Shown in pieces: positions 47,586 to 56,962 of a DNA stretch of 64,000 bases. The DNA is from Terriglobales bacterium (GTDB lineage: Bacteria > Acidobacteriota > Terriglobia > Terriglobales > SCQP01): NCBI GenBank assembly GCA_036561225.1, contig DATBPS010000147.1, forward strand, positions 21,312-85,311, in the 5' to 3' direction. Every line of letters starts with the position of its first letter. Within the stretch, counting starts at the first letter, position 1. The position numbers and the translations under genes are program-made. Under the pieces are notes generated by a model that did no database searches, had not been told where the DNA came from, and worked only from the letters and a program-made list of their open reading frames with translations.

Positions 47586-48841
47586 AGGGTCCACGTCAGC
47601 CGACTCTCGACGCCGAGGAGTGGGCGGGTATCGGGAGCGCGGGCGCCTACCGGTCAGCCTGTACACGTCTGGCGGCGTGGGAACGATGGATCCAGCAGCA
47701 GCAGTTGGCGGTTACCGGAGTGGCCGCGCCCACCGGCTATGAGGCGCTGCGGGCGGAGTGGATGAGCGAGGCATGGCGGGCGTTGGGTCTCGAGACGCAG
47801 CTGGACGAGGCGGGCAATGTCCTCGGCTTCCATGCGGGCGAGGCCGGGGCGCGCGGTGTGGTGGCGATTACCGCCCATTTGGATACCGCGTTTCCGGCCG
47901 GCACCCAGGTGCGGCCGGAGCGGCGCAACGGCAGGCTGTGGGGGCCAGGCATCTGCGACAACGGGGCGGGGCTGGCGGCCCTGCTGGCGCTGGCGCGCTT
48001 GCTGCATGAAAAGCGATGGCGGCCGCGTGCACCGGTTTTACTGGTCGCCAACGTGGGGGAAGAGGGCGAGGGAGATCTGAAGGGTATGCGGCATTTGTTC
48101 AGCCGCCAGAGCCGCTGGGCCAAAGAGATTGCCTGGACGCTGGTGCTGGACGGGCCGGGAGTGCACCAGATTACCTCGGCGGCTCTGCCCAGCCTGCGGT
48201 TGCGGGTGGGGCTCGAGGGGCAGGGCGGGCACAGTTGGTCGGATGTGGGGCGGGCCAGCGCCAACAGTGCGGCGGTGCGCGTCGGGGCGGCGCTGCTGGC
48301 GCAAGTGGAGCCGAAGGCGGGACAGTGGGGGTGCAATATCGGGCTGCTGCAAGGCGGTAGCGCGGTCAATGCCATCGCCGCGCGGGCGGAGATGAAGCTG
48401 GACCTGCGGGCGCGCGAGCCTCGGCGGTTGCTGGAACTGGAACAAGCGGTGCGGCGAGCGGTGGCGCAGGGGGTGGAGCAGGAGAACGCCGCCGCGCTCA
48501 GCGGGCGGGTGCGGGCGCGTATGGAAACCATCGGCGAGCGGCCGGGAGGAAGCCTGCCGGAGGATGCGCAGATCCTGCGGCTGGTGCGCCAGGTGGATGC
48601 GGCGCTGGGCATTGTTTCCCAGGCGCAGTGCGCCTCGACCGACGCCAATATTCCCATCGCTCAGGGGCGGCAGGCCCTGCGCCTGGGAGCGGGAGGAAAA
48701 GCGGGCGGCATCCATACGCTGCAGGAATGGTATGACCCGGGGGGGCGGACGCTGGCCTTGCGGCGCATTCTGTGGGTGGCGTGGGCGCTGAGCCGCACCG
48801 GCATCGAGGACGACGGCCGGGCGCGGCGTCGCTCGGCATGA
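47582..48841 (+). CDS. M20/M25/M40 family metallo-hydrolase
   Basis: ITAHLDTAFP and GICDNGAGLAALLALARLL metal-binding motifs and NVGEEGEGDLKG are present. The start overlaps the truA stop (ATGA). Confidence 0.7.
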   Translation: MKGPRQPTLDAEEWAGIGSAGAYRSACTRLAAWERWIQQQQLAVTGVAAPTGYEALRAEWMSEAWRALGLETQLDEAGNVLGFHAGEAGARGVVAITAHLDTAFPAGTQVRPERRNGRLWGPGICDNGAGLAALLALARLLHEKRWRPRAPVLLVANVGEEGEGDLKGMRHLFSRQSRWAKEIAWTLVLDGPGVHQITSAALPSLRLRVGLEGQGGHSWSDVGRASANSAAVRVGAALLAQVEPKAGQWGCNIGLLQGGSAVNAIAARAEMKLDLRAREPRRLLELEQAVRRAVAQGVEQENAAALSGRVRARMETIGERPGGSLPEDAQILRLVRQVDAALGIVSQAQCASTDANIPIAQGRQALRLGAGGKAGGIHTLQEWYDPGGRTLALRRILWVAWALSRTGIEDDGRARRRSA

Positions 48842-49740
48842 GCACGCGCGGCAGCGCCGGGCGGCGAATTCTGGCGGCGGACGCGGCGCTGCTGGCGGTC
48901 ACCTTCGTCTGGGGCGTCACATTTCCGCTGGTGAAAGCGGCGCTGGCCGATGCCCAGCCGCTGCTCTTTGTCGCCGTGCGCTTGAGTCTGGCGGCCGCTC
49001 TGCTGGCCGTCATATACCGGCCGCGATGGTCGGCTATACCGCGCCCGCTGTGGGCGGCGGGCGCCGGCCTGGGGTTGTTTCTGGCGTCGGGATATGCCCT
49101 GCAGACCGCCGGGCTGGCGCTGACCTCGCCTTCCGCGGCCGCGTTCCTGACCAGCTTTTCCGTCATTCTCGTGCCCCTGCTGCTGGCGTTGTTCTGGCGC
49201 CGGGCCTTGCCGGCGATGGCCTGGGTCAGCACCGCGTTGGCTTTGCTGGGCCTCTATCTGCTGCTGGCCGCCCCCGGCGGAGCGGCGCCGGCCGCCATGG
49301 CGAGCTGGCGCGGCAACCTGTTGGAGACGCTGTGCGCGCTGGCCTTTGCCCTGCACATCGTCAACCTGGGGGAGTGGTCCCCGAAGTTTGGCTATCGCGA
49401 TCTGGCGGTGCTGCAAGTCGGATTCGCGGCGGTGTTCAGTTGGGTTCTGTTCCCGCTGGGCGGCCCGGTGCACTGGCAGAACTCGCCGCGGTTGTGGGTG
49501 GCCCTGGCGGTGACGGCGGTGCTGGCCACCGCGGTGGCGTTCACCGTCCAAAGCTGGTCGCAGCAGTTCACCCCCGCCAGCCACTGCGCGGTGATCTTCG
49601 CCGCCGAACCGGTGTTCGCCTGGCTGGCGAGCGCCTGGGGATGGCACGAACCGCTGCAGGCCGTGCAGGCGGTGGGGGCGGTGCTGATCGTGGGCGCGAT
49701 GCTGCTGTTGGAATGGCGGCCCGGCCGGAGCGCGACCTAG
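48838..49740 (+). CDS. DMT superfamily (EamA-like) transporter
   Basis: About 10 TM segments arranged as two EamA repeats (LLAVTFVWGVTFPLVKAAL...). ATG 48838 overlaps the upstream stop (ATGA). Confidence 0.75.
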   Translation: MSTRGSAGRRILAADAALLAVTFVWGVTFPLVKAALADAQPLLFVAVRLSLAAALLAVIYRPRWSAIPRPLWAAGAGLGLFLASGYALQTAGLALTSPSAAAFLTSFSVILVPLLLALFWRRALPAMAWVSTALALLGLYLLLAAPGGAAPAAMASWRGNLLETLCALAFALHIVNLGEWSPKFGYRDLAVLQVGFAAVFSWVLFPLGGPVHWQNSPRLWVALAVTAVLATAVAFTVQSWSQQFTPASHCAVIFAAEPVFAWLASAWGWHEPLQAVQAVGAVLIVGAMLLLEWRPGRSAT

Positions 49741-50180
49741 TCGTCGGCGTGGCGTTCGGCGTCCATGAGGTTTTCCCACAGGCTGCCGTACCCGATCCAG
49801 CGGCGGACACGGCTGCTGGACAGGTGTACCTCGGGGACCGAGAGCTTGCCGTGACCATAGGTGCAGATGTACTCGGTGTAGGGCGCGCCGCCCAGCATGA
49901 TGTGACCGTAGTCGCCTTCGCTGCGCGGCATGCGCAGGCGGCGGGCGCAGCGGCGGCAACGGTAGAGTTGATCCACGGCGCACACCCATCCCAGGCCGAA
50001 ACCGACGAGGACAGAAAAAAAGACGGCGAAGGTGTAGGGGAGATCGCTGCCCAGGCGGGGCCAGTTGGCCAGCAGGCCGGTGGGCGGGGGTGGCACAATC
50101 CAGCTCACGACAATCCAAAAACCGCCGACCAGCAGGGTGGCGACCGCCAGCTTGAGAGCGAGCAGGCTCCAGAACTTCAT
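49737..50180 (-). CDS. hypothetical membrane protein with C-terminal Cys/His (zinc-ribbon-like) domain
   Basis: A strong SD (AAGGAGGGG) lies 3 nt upstream of the ATG. It has two TM helices followed by YRCRRCARRL...YICTYGHG. No family was recognised. Confidence 0.55.
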   Translation of the reverse strand: MKFWSLLALKLAVATLLVGGFWIVVSWIVPPPPTGLLANWPRLGSDLPYTFAVFFSVLVGFGLGWVCAVDQLYRCRRCARRLRMPRSEGDYGHIMLGGAPYTEYICTYGHGKLSVPEVHLSSSRVRRWIGYGSLWENLMDAERHADD

Positions 50181-50201
50181 GACCCCTCCTTTACCAGCAT
50201 A

Positions 50202-50225
50202 GACGCGCGGAGCGTGCCGCGCGTC
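50202..50225. promoter_or_regulatory. 9-bp perfect inverted repeat GACGCGCGG-n6-CCGCGCGTC in divergent promoter region
   Basis: Read directly. It is centred in the 64-nt spacer between the divergently oriented hypothetical genes. A TATACT box (50230-50235) lies 9 nt before the + strand ATG. Confidence 0.35.
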
Positions 50226-50244
50226 ACGCTATACTACCGGGCGC

Positions 50245-51096
50245 ATGAGGACACACAGGCTGTTGGGGCTCGGCGGCGGGGTGCTGCTGTTGCTGGCGCG
50301 ATTGGCGGCGCAGGGGGTGGGAGTGGATGGAGTGCGGGTGGGTCCGGTCGCCACCCATGATCACTTCCGCTACGACCTTCATATCGGCATCAAGAACGAT
50401 CCCTATCCCCATGAAGTGCGTGAGGAGTATGCCTACGATGGTGTGGATGTGGGCGTGGGGATACGGTGGCATTGGGGAAGAGCGAAGCTGGCCACCGATG
50501 TGCAGGTGACGCCGGTGGCGCGCAGCCACTATGCCTTCGATCAGGACACCGACTTCGAGCCCGACACCGCCGCCACCCACGGCGACGCCGGCACCGCGCG
50601 CAGCCGCAGCGTGAGCGTGCGGCAGTGGATGCCGCTGCATGACTTCGGCCGCCGGGGACGCCTGCGGTACGAGGCCGGGTTGGAACGGCAGTGGAGCGGA
50701 TACGGATGGGTGACGACCTACGATCTGAACTCGAACCCGGCGCTGCCTTCGACTTCCTATCAGCGGCAATTGAACGAGCGGGCGATTCTCTACGAACTGG
50801 AGAATGGCGTCAACTGGGGGCTGGAGCGGGGCAGCGGGGCTTGGCGCTGGGGTCTGGACCTGACCGCGGAGCCTCTGGAAGCGGTGTTCATGCGCAATCA
50901 CATCCCGGAATTGGCGCCCACGTCGGCGCTGGGCTACGGCGGCAGCGCGGGGCTGCGGGTGGCACGCCGGCTGGGCGGATGGGAATTCGAACTGGCGGGA
51001 ACGGCGGGCGAACAGCGCGGCTATCGCTGGGTGGAGGGGTTCGAGCGGCAACGGTTCACGCTCAGCCTCGAGGTGCAACCCGCTCATTGGTTCTAA
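50245..51096 (+). CDS. hypothetical outer-membrane beta-barrel-like protein
   Basis: Signal-like N-terminus (LLGLGGGVLLLLARLAAQG), alternating amphipathic strands rich in Y/W/R/G, and a C-terminal aromatic residue (..AHWF) typical of OMPs. No family was recognised. Confidence 0.5.
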   Translation: MRTHRLLGLGGGVLLLLARLAAQGVGVDGVRVGPVATHDHFRYDLHIGIKNDPYPHEVREEYAYDGVDVGVGIRWHWGRAKLATDVQVTPVARSHYAFDQDTDFEPDTAATHGDAGTARSRSVSVRQWMPLHDFGRRGRLRYEAGLERQWSGYGWVTTYDLNSNPALPSTSYQRQLNERAILYELENGVNWGLERGSGAWRWGLDLTAEPLEAVFMRNHIPELAPTSALGYGGSAGLRVARRLGGWEFELAGTAGEQRGYRWVEGFERQRFTLSLEVQPAHWF

Positions 51097-51130
51097 GCCA
51101 AACGCGCCGGCGGCAGGCTACCATCAACAG

Positions 51131-51225
51131 GGAAGCGCGTGTGGCCGGGTGGCTGCCCTGGTCTTCAAAACCAGTGTGACGTCCGCTGGACGCCGGATCG
51201 GTTCGACTCCGATGCGCTTCCGCCA
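51131..51225 (+). tRNA. selC: tRNA-Sec (anticodon UCA)
   Basis: 95 nt. 8-bp acceptor stem GGAAGCGC/GCGCTTCC. 6-bp D stem GTGGCC/GGCTGC with a 4-nt loop. Anticodon arm CTGGT-CTTCAAA-ACCAG. Long variable arm (CGTCC-GCTG-GGACG). T arm ATCGG-TTCGACT-CCGAT. Discriminator G followed by encoded CCA. The layout closely parallels E. coli selC. Confidence 0.9.
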
Positions 51226-51234
51226 AGCTCCGAC

Positions 51235-51268
51235 GCGAGGCCACTCGGGGTCCCGCGCCAATCAAAGC
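51235..51268 (+). repeat. copy B of 34-nt repeat (26-nt exact core GCCACTCGGGGTCCCGCGCCAATCAA); copy A at 44705-44738
   Basis: Direct comparison gives 32/34 identity, same orientation. Copy B starts 10 nt after the tRNA-Sec CCA and ends 6 nt before the glnE ATG. Copy A forms the 3' half of the structured element at 44637-44729. Confidence 0.8.
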
Positions 51269-51273
51269 CTAAG

Positions 51274-53946
51274 ATGGGGGACATGGAATCCGCAGCGGGG
51301 GTGCCGGGGGTGCGGCTGGATCTGAGTTCCGATCCGGCGGCGGCGGCGGCCGGTATGGAACGCTACTGGGCGGCGGCGCCGGAGGCAGCGCGAGCGGCGC
51401 TGCGGCACGATCCCGGGCTGGCGCGGGCGCTGGCAAGCTTGATGGCCGGCAGCGAGTTCCTGGGCGAGGCCCTGGTGCAGAACCCGGAGTGGCTGGGGTG
51501 GCTGGACCAGGAAAGGCGGCGCACCGGGGCGCGGGCGGCGGAAGAGTGGAGCGCACAGCTGGGCGCGTTCACCGCCAATTTGGCGGCGGAGCAACGCACC
51601 CGCGGCCTGATTCGCTTCAAACGGCGCGAGTATCTGCGCATCGCGCTCCGCGATCTCGAAGGGCGGGCGGGGCTGGCGGAGACGACGCGTGAGTTGTCGG
51701 ATCTGGCCGACGCCGAATTGCAGCAGGCCTATGCCTGGGCGTGGAACGATCTGGCGGGGGAGTTTGGTACGCCGCAGGGACGGACCGGGGCGGCGGAGAT
51801 GGTGGTGATCGGGCTGGGGAAGCTGGGCGGCGGCGAACTCAACTACAGCTCCGACATTGACCTGATGTTCGCCTACAGCGAGGACGGTACGACCCGCGGG
51901 GGAGCGCGGAGCCTCAGCAACCACGAGTTTTTCACCCGGCTGGCGCAGGCGGTGGTGCGCACCGTGTCGGCGATCACCGGCGAAGGGCCCGCCTACCGCG
52001 TGGATCTGCGCTTGCGTCCCGGTGGCAGAGAGGGGGAGATGGCCCAGCCGTGGGCGCACATGGCGGACTACTACCAGCGCCGGGCGCGGGAGTGGGAGTT
52101 GCAGATGCTCCTGCGGGCGCGTGGCTGCGCGGGATCGCGGCGCCTGGCGACACGGCTGCTGGAGACGGTGGCGGAGCGCATCTATCCGCCGCATCCCGAG
52201 GCGGCGGTGCTGGCGGCGGGGGTGCGCAGCGCGCGGGAGGCCATTCGTGAGCAGCTGCAGCGGCACCGCGCCACCGGGCGGCGGCGGGGCGAGGTGGACG
52301 TCAAGCTCGATGCCGGCGGCATTCGCGAGATCGAGTTTCTGACCCAGTACCTGCAGCGGCTATACGGCGGCGCGGAGGCGTGGGTGCGCAGCGGACATAC
52401 GCAGCAGGCGTTGCAGCGGCTGCACGACAAGGGGCGCATTGCCGGGAGTGAATTTCAGCAGTTGTCTTCCGCCTATACGCTGCTGCGCCACGTGGAGCAC
52501 CGGCTGCAGCTGCGCGTGGGACAGCAGACCCACAGCCTCCCCGGGGCGGCGGCGCAGCGGCAGGCGTTGGCGCGCAGCCTGCGCGCCGTGGTGCCGGGAT
52601 GGGAGGCCGAGGGCGGGGCGGCGATGGCCGCCATCAAAGCGCGCATGGCCGAGGCGCACGGCATCTATCAGCGGTATCTGGGTGAAAAGCGGGAGAGCGA
52701 TGCCGCCGGCGAGGAAGAGGCCGGGCATCCGGCCTGGCTCTCCGGCGAGCTCAGCGCCCACGGCCGCCGCCAGGCCACGCGGCTGCGGCGAAGCCTGGCG
52801 AGCTGGCCGGAGGCCGGGGACGCGCTGCGTGCCCTCCCGCCGGCGGCGGCAATGCGGGTGGTATCGGCGCTGGAGCGCAGTGACTGGATGGCGGAGGCGC
52901 TGATTCGACGCCCGATGCTGGCCCAGGCGCTGGCGCAGGAGCCACCGCCGCCGATGCCGCGCGACATGACCGAGCTGCGGATCTGGCAGCAGGGACAACT
53001 GCTGCGCCTGCTGGCCGGGGAATGGGAGCAACGCCGGCCGGTGGCGGAGGGGCTGCGCGCTTATACAGATTTGGCGGAAGCCATCCTGGCCCAGGGATTG
53101 GAAATCGCCCGCGAAGGCCGGGCGGAGGCGCCGCGTTTGGCGGTGTTGGGGCTGGGGCGCCTGGGACTGGGCGAGCTGGACTTGCTCTCCGATGTGGATG
53201 TGGTGTTCGTGGCGCGGGAGAGCGAACGCGAAGCGGCGACGCGGCTGGCGGCAGGGTGGATCCAGGTGCTGACCGCCTATACCCAGGCCGGAACGCTCTA
53301 CGCCGTGGATACACGCCTGCGCCCCGGGGGCGGGGAAGGGGAACTGGTGCAGACACCGGCCAGCCTGGAGCGCTACTTCCGCGACCATGCCGGCTGGTGG
53401 GAGGGGGTGAGCTATCTCAAGGCGCGACTGGTGGCGGGCGACAGGGAAGTGGGCGAGCAGGCGATAGAGGCGTTGCAGGCGGGCCTGCGGCAGCGCTTCG
53501 GGGGACGACAGGGCGGGGGAGAATTACAAAACCTGCGCAATCGCATGGAGCGCGAAGGCAAGCCGGGGAAGTGGGGGTTGAAGACGGTGGCGGGCGGATA
53601 CTACGACGTGGACTTCGCCATTTCGCAGCGGCTGCTCGAAGCCGGCGCACCCGGGTTCGGCGCGATCGGACTGGCGGGCTGGGCGCAGGCGGCCGGCCAG
53701 GGGCTGGTGTCGTCGTCCGCCGCCGCAACCCTCGCGCAGCAGGTGTCGCTGCTGCGCGCGGCGGATCATGCGCTGCGCGTGGGCACGGGAAAGGCCGGCT
53801 CGTCGGTGCCGGCGGCCGGAGTCGCGGTGGACAATGGCTGGCAGTGGCTGGAACGGTTACAGCCGGCGGTGCCGGCGGATCAGGCGCCGGAGCTGGTGGA
53901 AGAGGCCAAGGTCCGCATCCGTGCAATCTATCAAGAGTTGCTATAA
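51274..53946 (+). CDS. glnE: bifunctional glutamine synthetase adenylyltransferase/adenylyl-removing enzyme GlnE
   Basis: Two GlnE nucleotidyltransferase repeats ([20 protein letters not shown] and [20 protein letters not shown]), each followed by [11 protein letters not shown] / [14 protein letters not shown] 51274 was chosen because the track ORF start runs through the tRNA. Confidence 0.9.
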   Translation: MGDMESAAGVPGVRLDLSSDPAAAAAGMERYWAAAPEAARAALRHDPGLARALASLMAGSEFLGEALVQNPEWLGWLDQERRRTGARAAEEWSAQLGAFTANLAAEQRTRGLIRFKRREYLRIALRDLEGRAGLAETTRELSDLADAELQQAYAWAWNDLAGEFGTPQGRTGAAEMVVIGLGKLGGGELNYSSDIDLMFAYSEDGTTRGGARSLSNHEFFTRLAQAVVRTVSAITGEGPAYRVDLRLRPGGREGEMAQPWAHMADYYQRRAREWELQMLLRARGCAGSRRLATRLLETVAERIYPPHPEAAVLAAGVRSAREAIREQLQRHRATGRRRGEVDVKLDAGGIREIEFLTQYLQRLYGGAEAWVRSGHTQQALQRLHDKGRIAGSEFQQLSSAYTLLRHVEHRLQLRVGQQTHSLPGAAAQRQALARSLRAVVPGWEAEGGAAMAAIKARMAEAHGIYQRYLGEKRESDAAGEEEAGHPAWLSGELSAHGRRQATRLRRSLASWPEAGDALRALPPAAAMRVVSALERSDWMAEALIRRPMLAQALAQEPPPPMPRDMTELRIWQQGQLLRLLAGEWEQRRPVAEGLRAYTDLAEAILAQGLEIAREGRAEAPRLAVLGLGRLGLGELDLLSDVDVVFVARESEREAATRLAAGWIQVLTAYTQAGTLYAVDTRLRPGGGEGELVQTPASLERYFRDHAGWWEGVSYLKARLVAGDREVGEQAIEALQAGLRQRFGGRQGGGELQNLRNRMEREGKPGKWGLKTVAGGYYDVDFAISQRLLEAGAPGFGAIGLAGWAQAAGQGLVSSSAAATLAQQVSLLRAADHALRVGTGKAGSSVPAAGVAVDNGWQWLERLQPAVPADQAPELVEEAKVRIRAIYQELL

Positions 53947-53973
53947 ACCCGGTCGGGACGAAAGGAGCAGGGG

Positions 53974-54138
53974 GTGAAGCTGGTTTTTCCGCTACTATAT
54001 TGGTTTGGGCTCATTCTGGCGCTGATCGGCGTAGGGCTGCGCTTTTGGATGGGCGCCTGGGGTCTGGGCCTGGCGCTGGCGGTGGCAGGGGTGGCTCTGC
54101 TGCTGACCGCGCGACTGACTCAACGGCTGAGGCGATAG
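53974..54138 (+). CDS. hypothetical small membrane protein (54 aa, two TM helices)
   Basis: Not in the ORF track (<60 aa). GTG 53974 lies 6 nt after AAAGGAG. The sequence is [54 protein letters not shown]. The stop is 11 nt before icd. Confidence 0.45.
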   Translation: MKLVFPLLYWFGLILALIGVGLRFWMGAWGLGLALAVAGVALLLTARLTQRLRR

Positions 54139-54149
54139 CAAGGAGAAAC

Positions 54150-55406
54150 ATGCGCACATACAACGGAACCGAAGTCCCCCGCGGCGAAGCCATCCAGGTG
54201 GCGCAAGGACGGGTGACGGTGCCCGACCATCCCATCGTGCCGTTCATCGAGGGCGACGGCACCGGGCCGGATATTTGGAAGGGCAGCCGGCCGGTGTGGG
54301 ACGCGGCGGTGGAACTGGCCTTTGGGGGCAAGAAGCGGATCGTCTGGTATGAAGTCTTCGCCGGGGAGAAGGCGTTTCAGCGCTTTGGCGAGTGGCTGCC
54401 GGCGGACACGGTGCAGGCGGCGCGGGATTTTCGCGTCGCCATCAAGGGGCCGCTGACCACGCCGGTGGGGGGCGGTATCCGCAGCCTCAACGTCAGCCTG
54501 CGGCAGCAGATGGATCTGTACGCCTGTGTGCGGCCGGTGAAATATTACGCCGGTGTGCCTTCGCCGGTGAAGGAGCCGGAGGCGGTGGATGTGATCATCT
54601 TCCGCGAGAACACCGAGGACGTGTATGCCGGCATCGAGTTTCAGCAGGGGACGGCGGAGGCGACGGAGCTGATCCGCTTGCTGGGAGAAAAGTTCGGCAA
54701 GAAGGTGCGGCCGGATTCGGGTATCGGGATCAAGCCCATCTCCGTCACCGGATCGAAACGGCTGGTGCGCTCCGCCCTGCAGCACGCCATCGAGCAGAAG
54801 CGGACGGTGGTGACGCTGGTGCACAAGGGCAACATCCAGAAGTTCACCGAAGGGGCGTTCCGCGATTGGGGCTACGAGGTGGCGAAGCAGGAGTTCCGCG
54901 AGCATTGCGTCACCGAAGAGGAGTTGTACGCCGCGCCCTACAACGGCAAGCTGCCGGCCGGCAAAATTCTGGTGAACGACCGCATCGCCGACTCCATGTT
55001 CCAGCAGATTCTGCTGCGGCCGCGTGACTACCAGGTGATCTGCACCACCAACCTCAACGGCGATTACCTCTCCGATGCCTGCGCGGCGCAGGTGGGCGGC
55101 CTGGGGATGGCGCCGGGGGCCAATGTGAGCGAAGAGTATGCCTTCTTCGAGGCTACCCACGGCACCGCGCCCAAGTACGCCAACCAGGACGTGATCAATC
55201 CCAGCTCGCTGATCCTGAGCGGGGTGATGATGTTGCACTGGATGGGATGGCACGAGGCCGCGGATCTGGTGGAAGCGGGCCTGGGCGCGACCATCGGCCA
55301 GAAACGGGTGACCTATGACCTGGCGCGGCAGTTGCCGGGCGCCACCCAGCTGAAGACCAGCGAATTTTCGGCCGCTATCGTGGCCAATATGCGGAAACAG
55401 GGATAA
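54150..55406 (+). CDS. icd: NADP-dependent isocitrate dehydrogenase
   Basis: Full-length prokaryotic ICDH similarity ([56 protein letters not shown]). ATG 54150 follows AAGGAGA. Confidence 0.95.
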   Translation: MRTYNGTEVPRGEAIQVAQGRVTVPDHPIVPFIEGDGTGPDIWKGSRPVWDAAVELAFGGKKRIVWYEVFAGEKAFQRFGEWLPADTVQAARDFRVAIKGPLTTPVGGGIRSLNVSLRQQMDLYACVRPVKYYAGVPSPVKEPEAVDVIIFRENTEDVYAGIEFQQGTAEATELIRLLGEKFGKKVRPDSGIGIKPISVTGSKRLVRSALQHAIEQKRTVVTLVHKGNIQKFTEGAFRDWGYEVAKQEFREHCVTEEELYAAPYNGKLPAGKILVNDRIADSMFQQILLRPRDYQVICTTNLNGDYLSDACAAQVGGLGMAPGANVSEEYAFFEATHGTAPKYANQDVINPSSLILSGVMMLHWMGWHEAADLVEAGLGATIGQKRVTYDLARQLPGATQLKTSEFSAAIVANMRKQG

Positions 55407-55439
55407 CCCCGGTTTTACTTTCATTCATCAGGGAGAACC

Positions 55440-56366
55440 ATGCGGAAGAAAATCACAGTTGTCGGCGCGGGCAATGTCGGCGCCACCACCGCCCACTGGC
55501 TGGCCACGCGCGAGATCGCGGACGTAGTGCTGGTGGACATCGCCGAAGGCATTCCCCAGGGGAAGGCGCTCGATCTGCGCCAGGCCACCCCCATCATCGG
55601 CGCCAATGTGGCGGTCACCGGCACCAATGACTACGCCGATACCGCCAACTCGGACCTGGTGATCATCACCGCCGGGCTGGCGCGCAAGCCGGGCATGAGC
55701 CGCGACGACTTATTGAAGAAGAACTACGACGTCATCGCCAGCTGCGTCAAGCCGGTGGTCGAGTTGTCGCCCAATTCCATATTGATTCTGGTCACCAACC
55801 CGCTCGATGCCATGGCCCAGGCGGCCTACAAGCTCAGCAAGTTCACCCGCAACCGGGTGATCGGCATGGCCGGGGTGCTGGACTCGGCCCGCTTCGCCAC
55901 CTTCATCGCCATGGAGTTGAATGTGTCGGTGGAAAACGTGCAGGCGTTTGTGCTGGGCGGCCACGGCGACACCATGGTGCCGCTGCCGCGCTACACCACC
56001 GTGGCGGGCATCCCCATCACCGAATTGATGGACGCGGCGACGGTGGAAAAGCTGGTGCAGCGCACCCGCAACGGGGGCGCCGAGATCGTCGCCCATCTGA
56101 AGACGGGCAGCGCCTACTATGCCCCCTCGGCGGCGGCGGTGCAGATGGCCGAGGCGATCCTCAAGGACAAGAAACAGATTCTGCCCTGCGCCGCGTATCT
56201 GGAAGGCGAATACGGCATCCAGGGGCTGTTCGTGGGTGTGCCTTGCAAGCTGGGGGCGCGCGGCATCGAAGAAGTGATCCAGGTGAAGCTGACCGCCGAG
56301 GAGAACGCCGCCCTGCAGCAGTCGGCGGAGGCGGTGCGGCAACTGGTGCAGGTGATCGGGGTCTAA
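55440..56366 (+). CDS. mdh: malate dehydrogenase (LDH-like family)
   Basis: [15 protein letters not shown] Rossmann motif, [15 protein letters not shown] and GGHGDTMVP are present. Confidence 0.95.
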   Translation: MRKKITVVGAGNVGATTAHWLATREIADVVLVDIAEGIPQGKALDLRQATPIIGANVAVTGTNDYADTANSDLVIITAGLARKPGMSRDDLLKKNYDVIASCVKPVVELSPNSILILVTNPLDAMAQAAYKLSKFTRNRVIGMAGVLDSARFATFIAMELNVSVENVQAFVLGGHGDTMVPLPRYTTVAGIPITELMDAATVEKLVQRTRNGGAEIVAHLKTGSAYYAPSAAAVQMAEAILKDKKQILPCAAYLEGEYGIQGLFVGVPCKLGARGIEEVIQVKLTAEENAALQQSAEAVRQLVQVIGV

Positions 56367-56381
56367 AGAAGGAGAACAACC

Positions 56382-56900
56382 ATGAGCACAATCGAACGTC
56401 CCAATGCCACGTCCATGGGCGACAAGCAGCTCACGCTGCTCGGTCCGGCGCTGAAGCCCGGCGACGCCATGCCCGACTTCACCCTGGTGGATAACGGCCT
56501 CAAGCCGGTGACCAAGGCGGATACCCAGGGCAAGGTGCGCATCTTCAGCGTGGTGCCGTCGCTCGATACACCGGTATGCGATCTGCAAACCCGCCGCTTC
56601 AACGATGAGGCCGGGAAGATGGGAGACAAGGTGCGGGTGCTGACGGTGAGCGTGGACCTGCCGTTTGCCCAGAAGCGCTGGTGCGGGGCGGCCGGGGCCA
56701 CCCACGTGCAGACCCTGTCCGACTACCAGACGGGAAAATTCGGCGAGGCCACCGGAACGCTGATCAAGGACCTGCGCCTGTTGTCGCGGGCGATCTTCGT
56801 GGTGGATGCCGCCGGGACGATTCGCTACGTCGAATATGTGCCCAAGATCGGCGAGCATCCCAACTACGACGCCGCCCTGCAAGCGGCCAAGACGCTGTAA
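56382..56900 (+). CDS. tpx: thiol peroxidase (atypical 2-Cys peroxiredoxin Tpx)
   Basis: VPSLDTPVCD peroxidatic Cys context, SVDLPFAQKRWCGA resolving Cys, 172 aa. An AAGGAGA RBS is present. Confidence 0.9.
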   Translation: MSTIERPNATSMGDKQLTLLGPALKPGDAMPDFTLVDNGLKPVTKADTQGKVRIFSVVPSLDTPVCDLQTRRFNDEAGKMGDKVRVLTVSVDLPFAQKRWCGAAGATHVQTLSDYQTGKFGEATGTLIKDLRLLSRAIFVVDAAGTIRYVEYVPKIGEHPNYDAALQAAKTL

Positions 56901-56924
56901 AGCCCGCGGGGCTTGCTTGCCACC

Positions 56925-56958
56925 AGAAGGGCGGGTGCCGGCCGGCACCCGCCCTTCT
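56925..56958. terminator. perfect 34-nt palindrome AGAAGGGCGGGTGCCGG/CCGGCACCCGCCCTTCT between convergent genes
   Basis: Read directly. It lies in the 62-nt spacer between tpx (+) and the cyclophilin gene (-), and is probably a bidirectional terminator. Confidence 0.55.
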
Positions 56959-56962
56959 CGTG

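Noticed and set aside
44705-51268. Genomic island bounded by the 34-nt direct repeats, with selC as the integration target.
   Set aside because: The interval contains core genes (truA, an M20 hydrolase, selC itself) with normal G+C and no integrase or mobility genes. The tRNA lies inside, not outside, the repeat pair, and the repeat does not include the tRNA 3' end.
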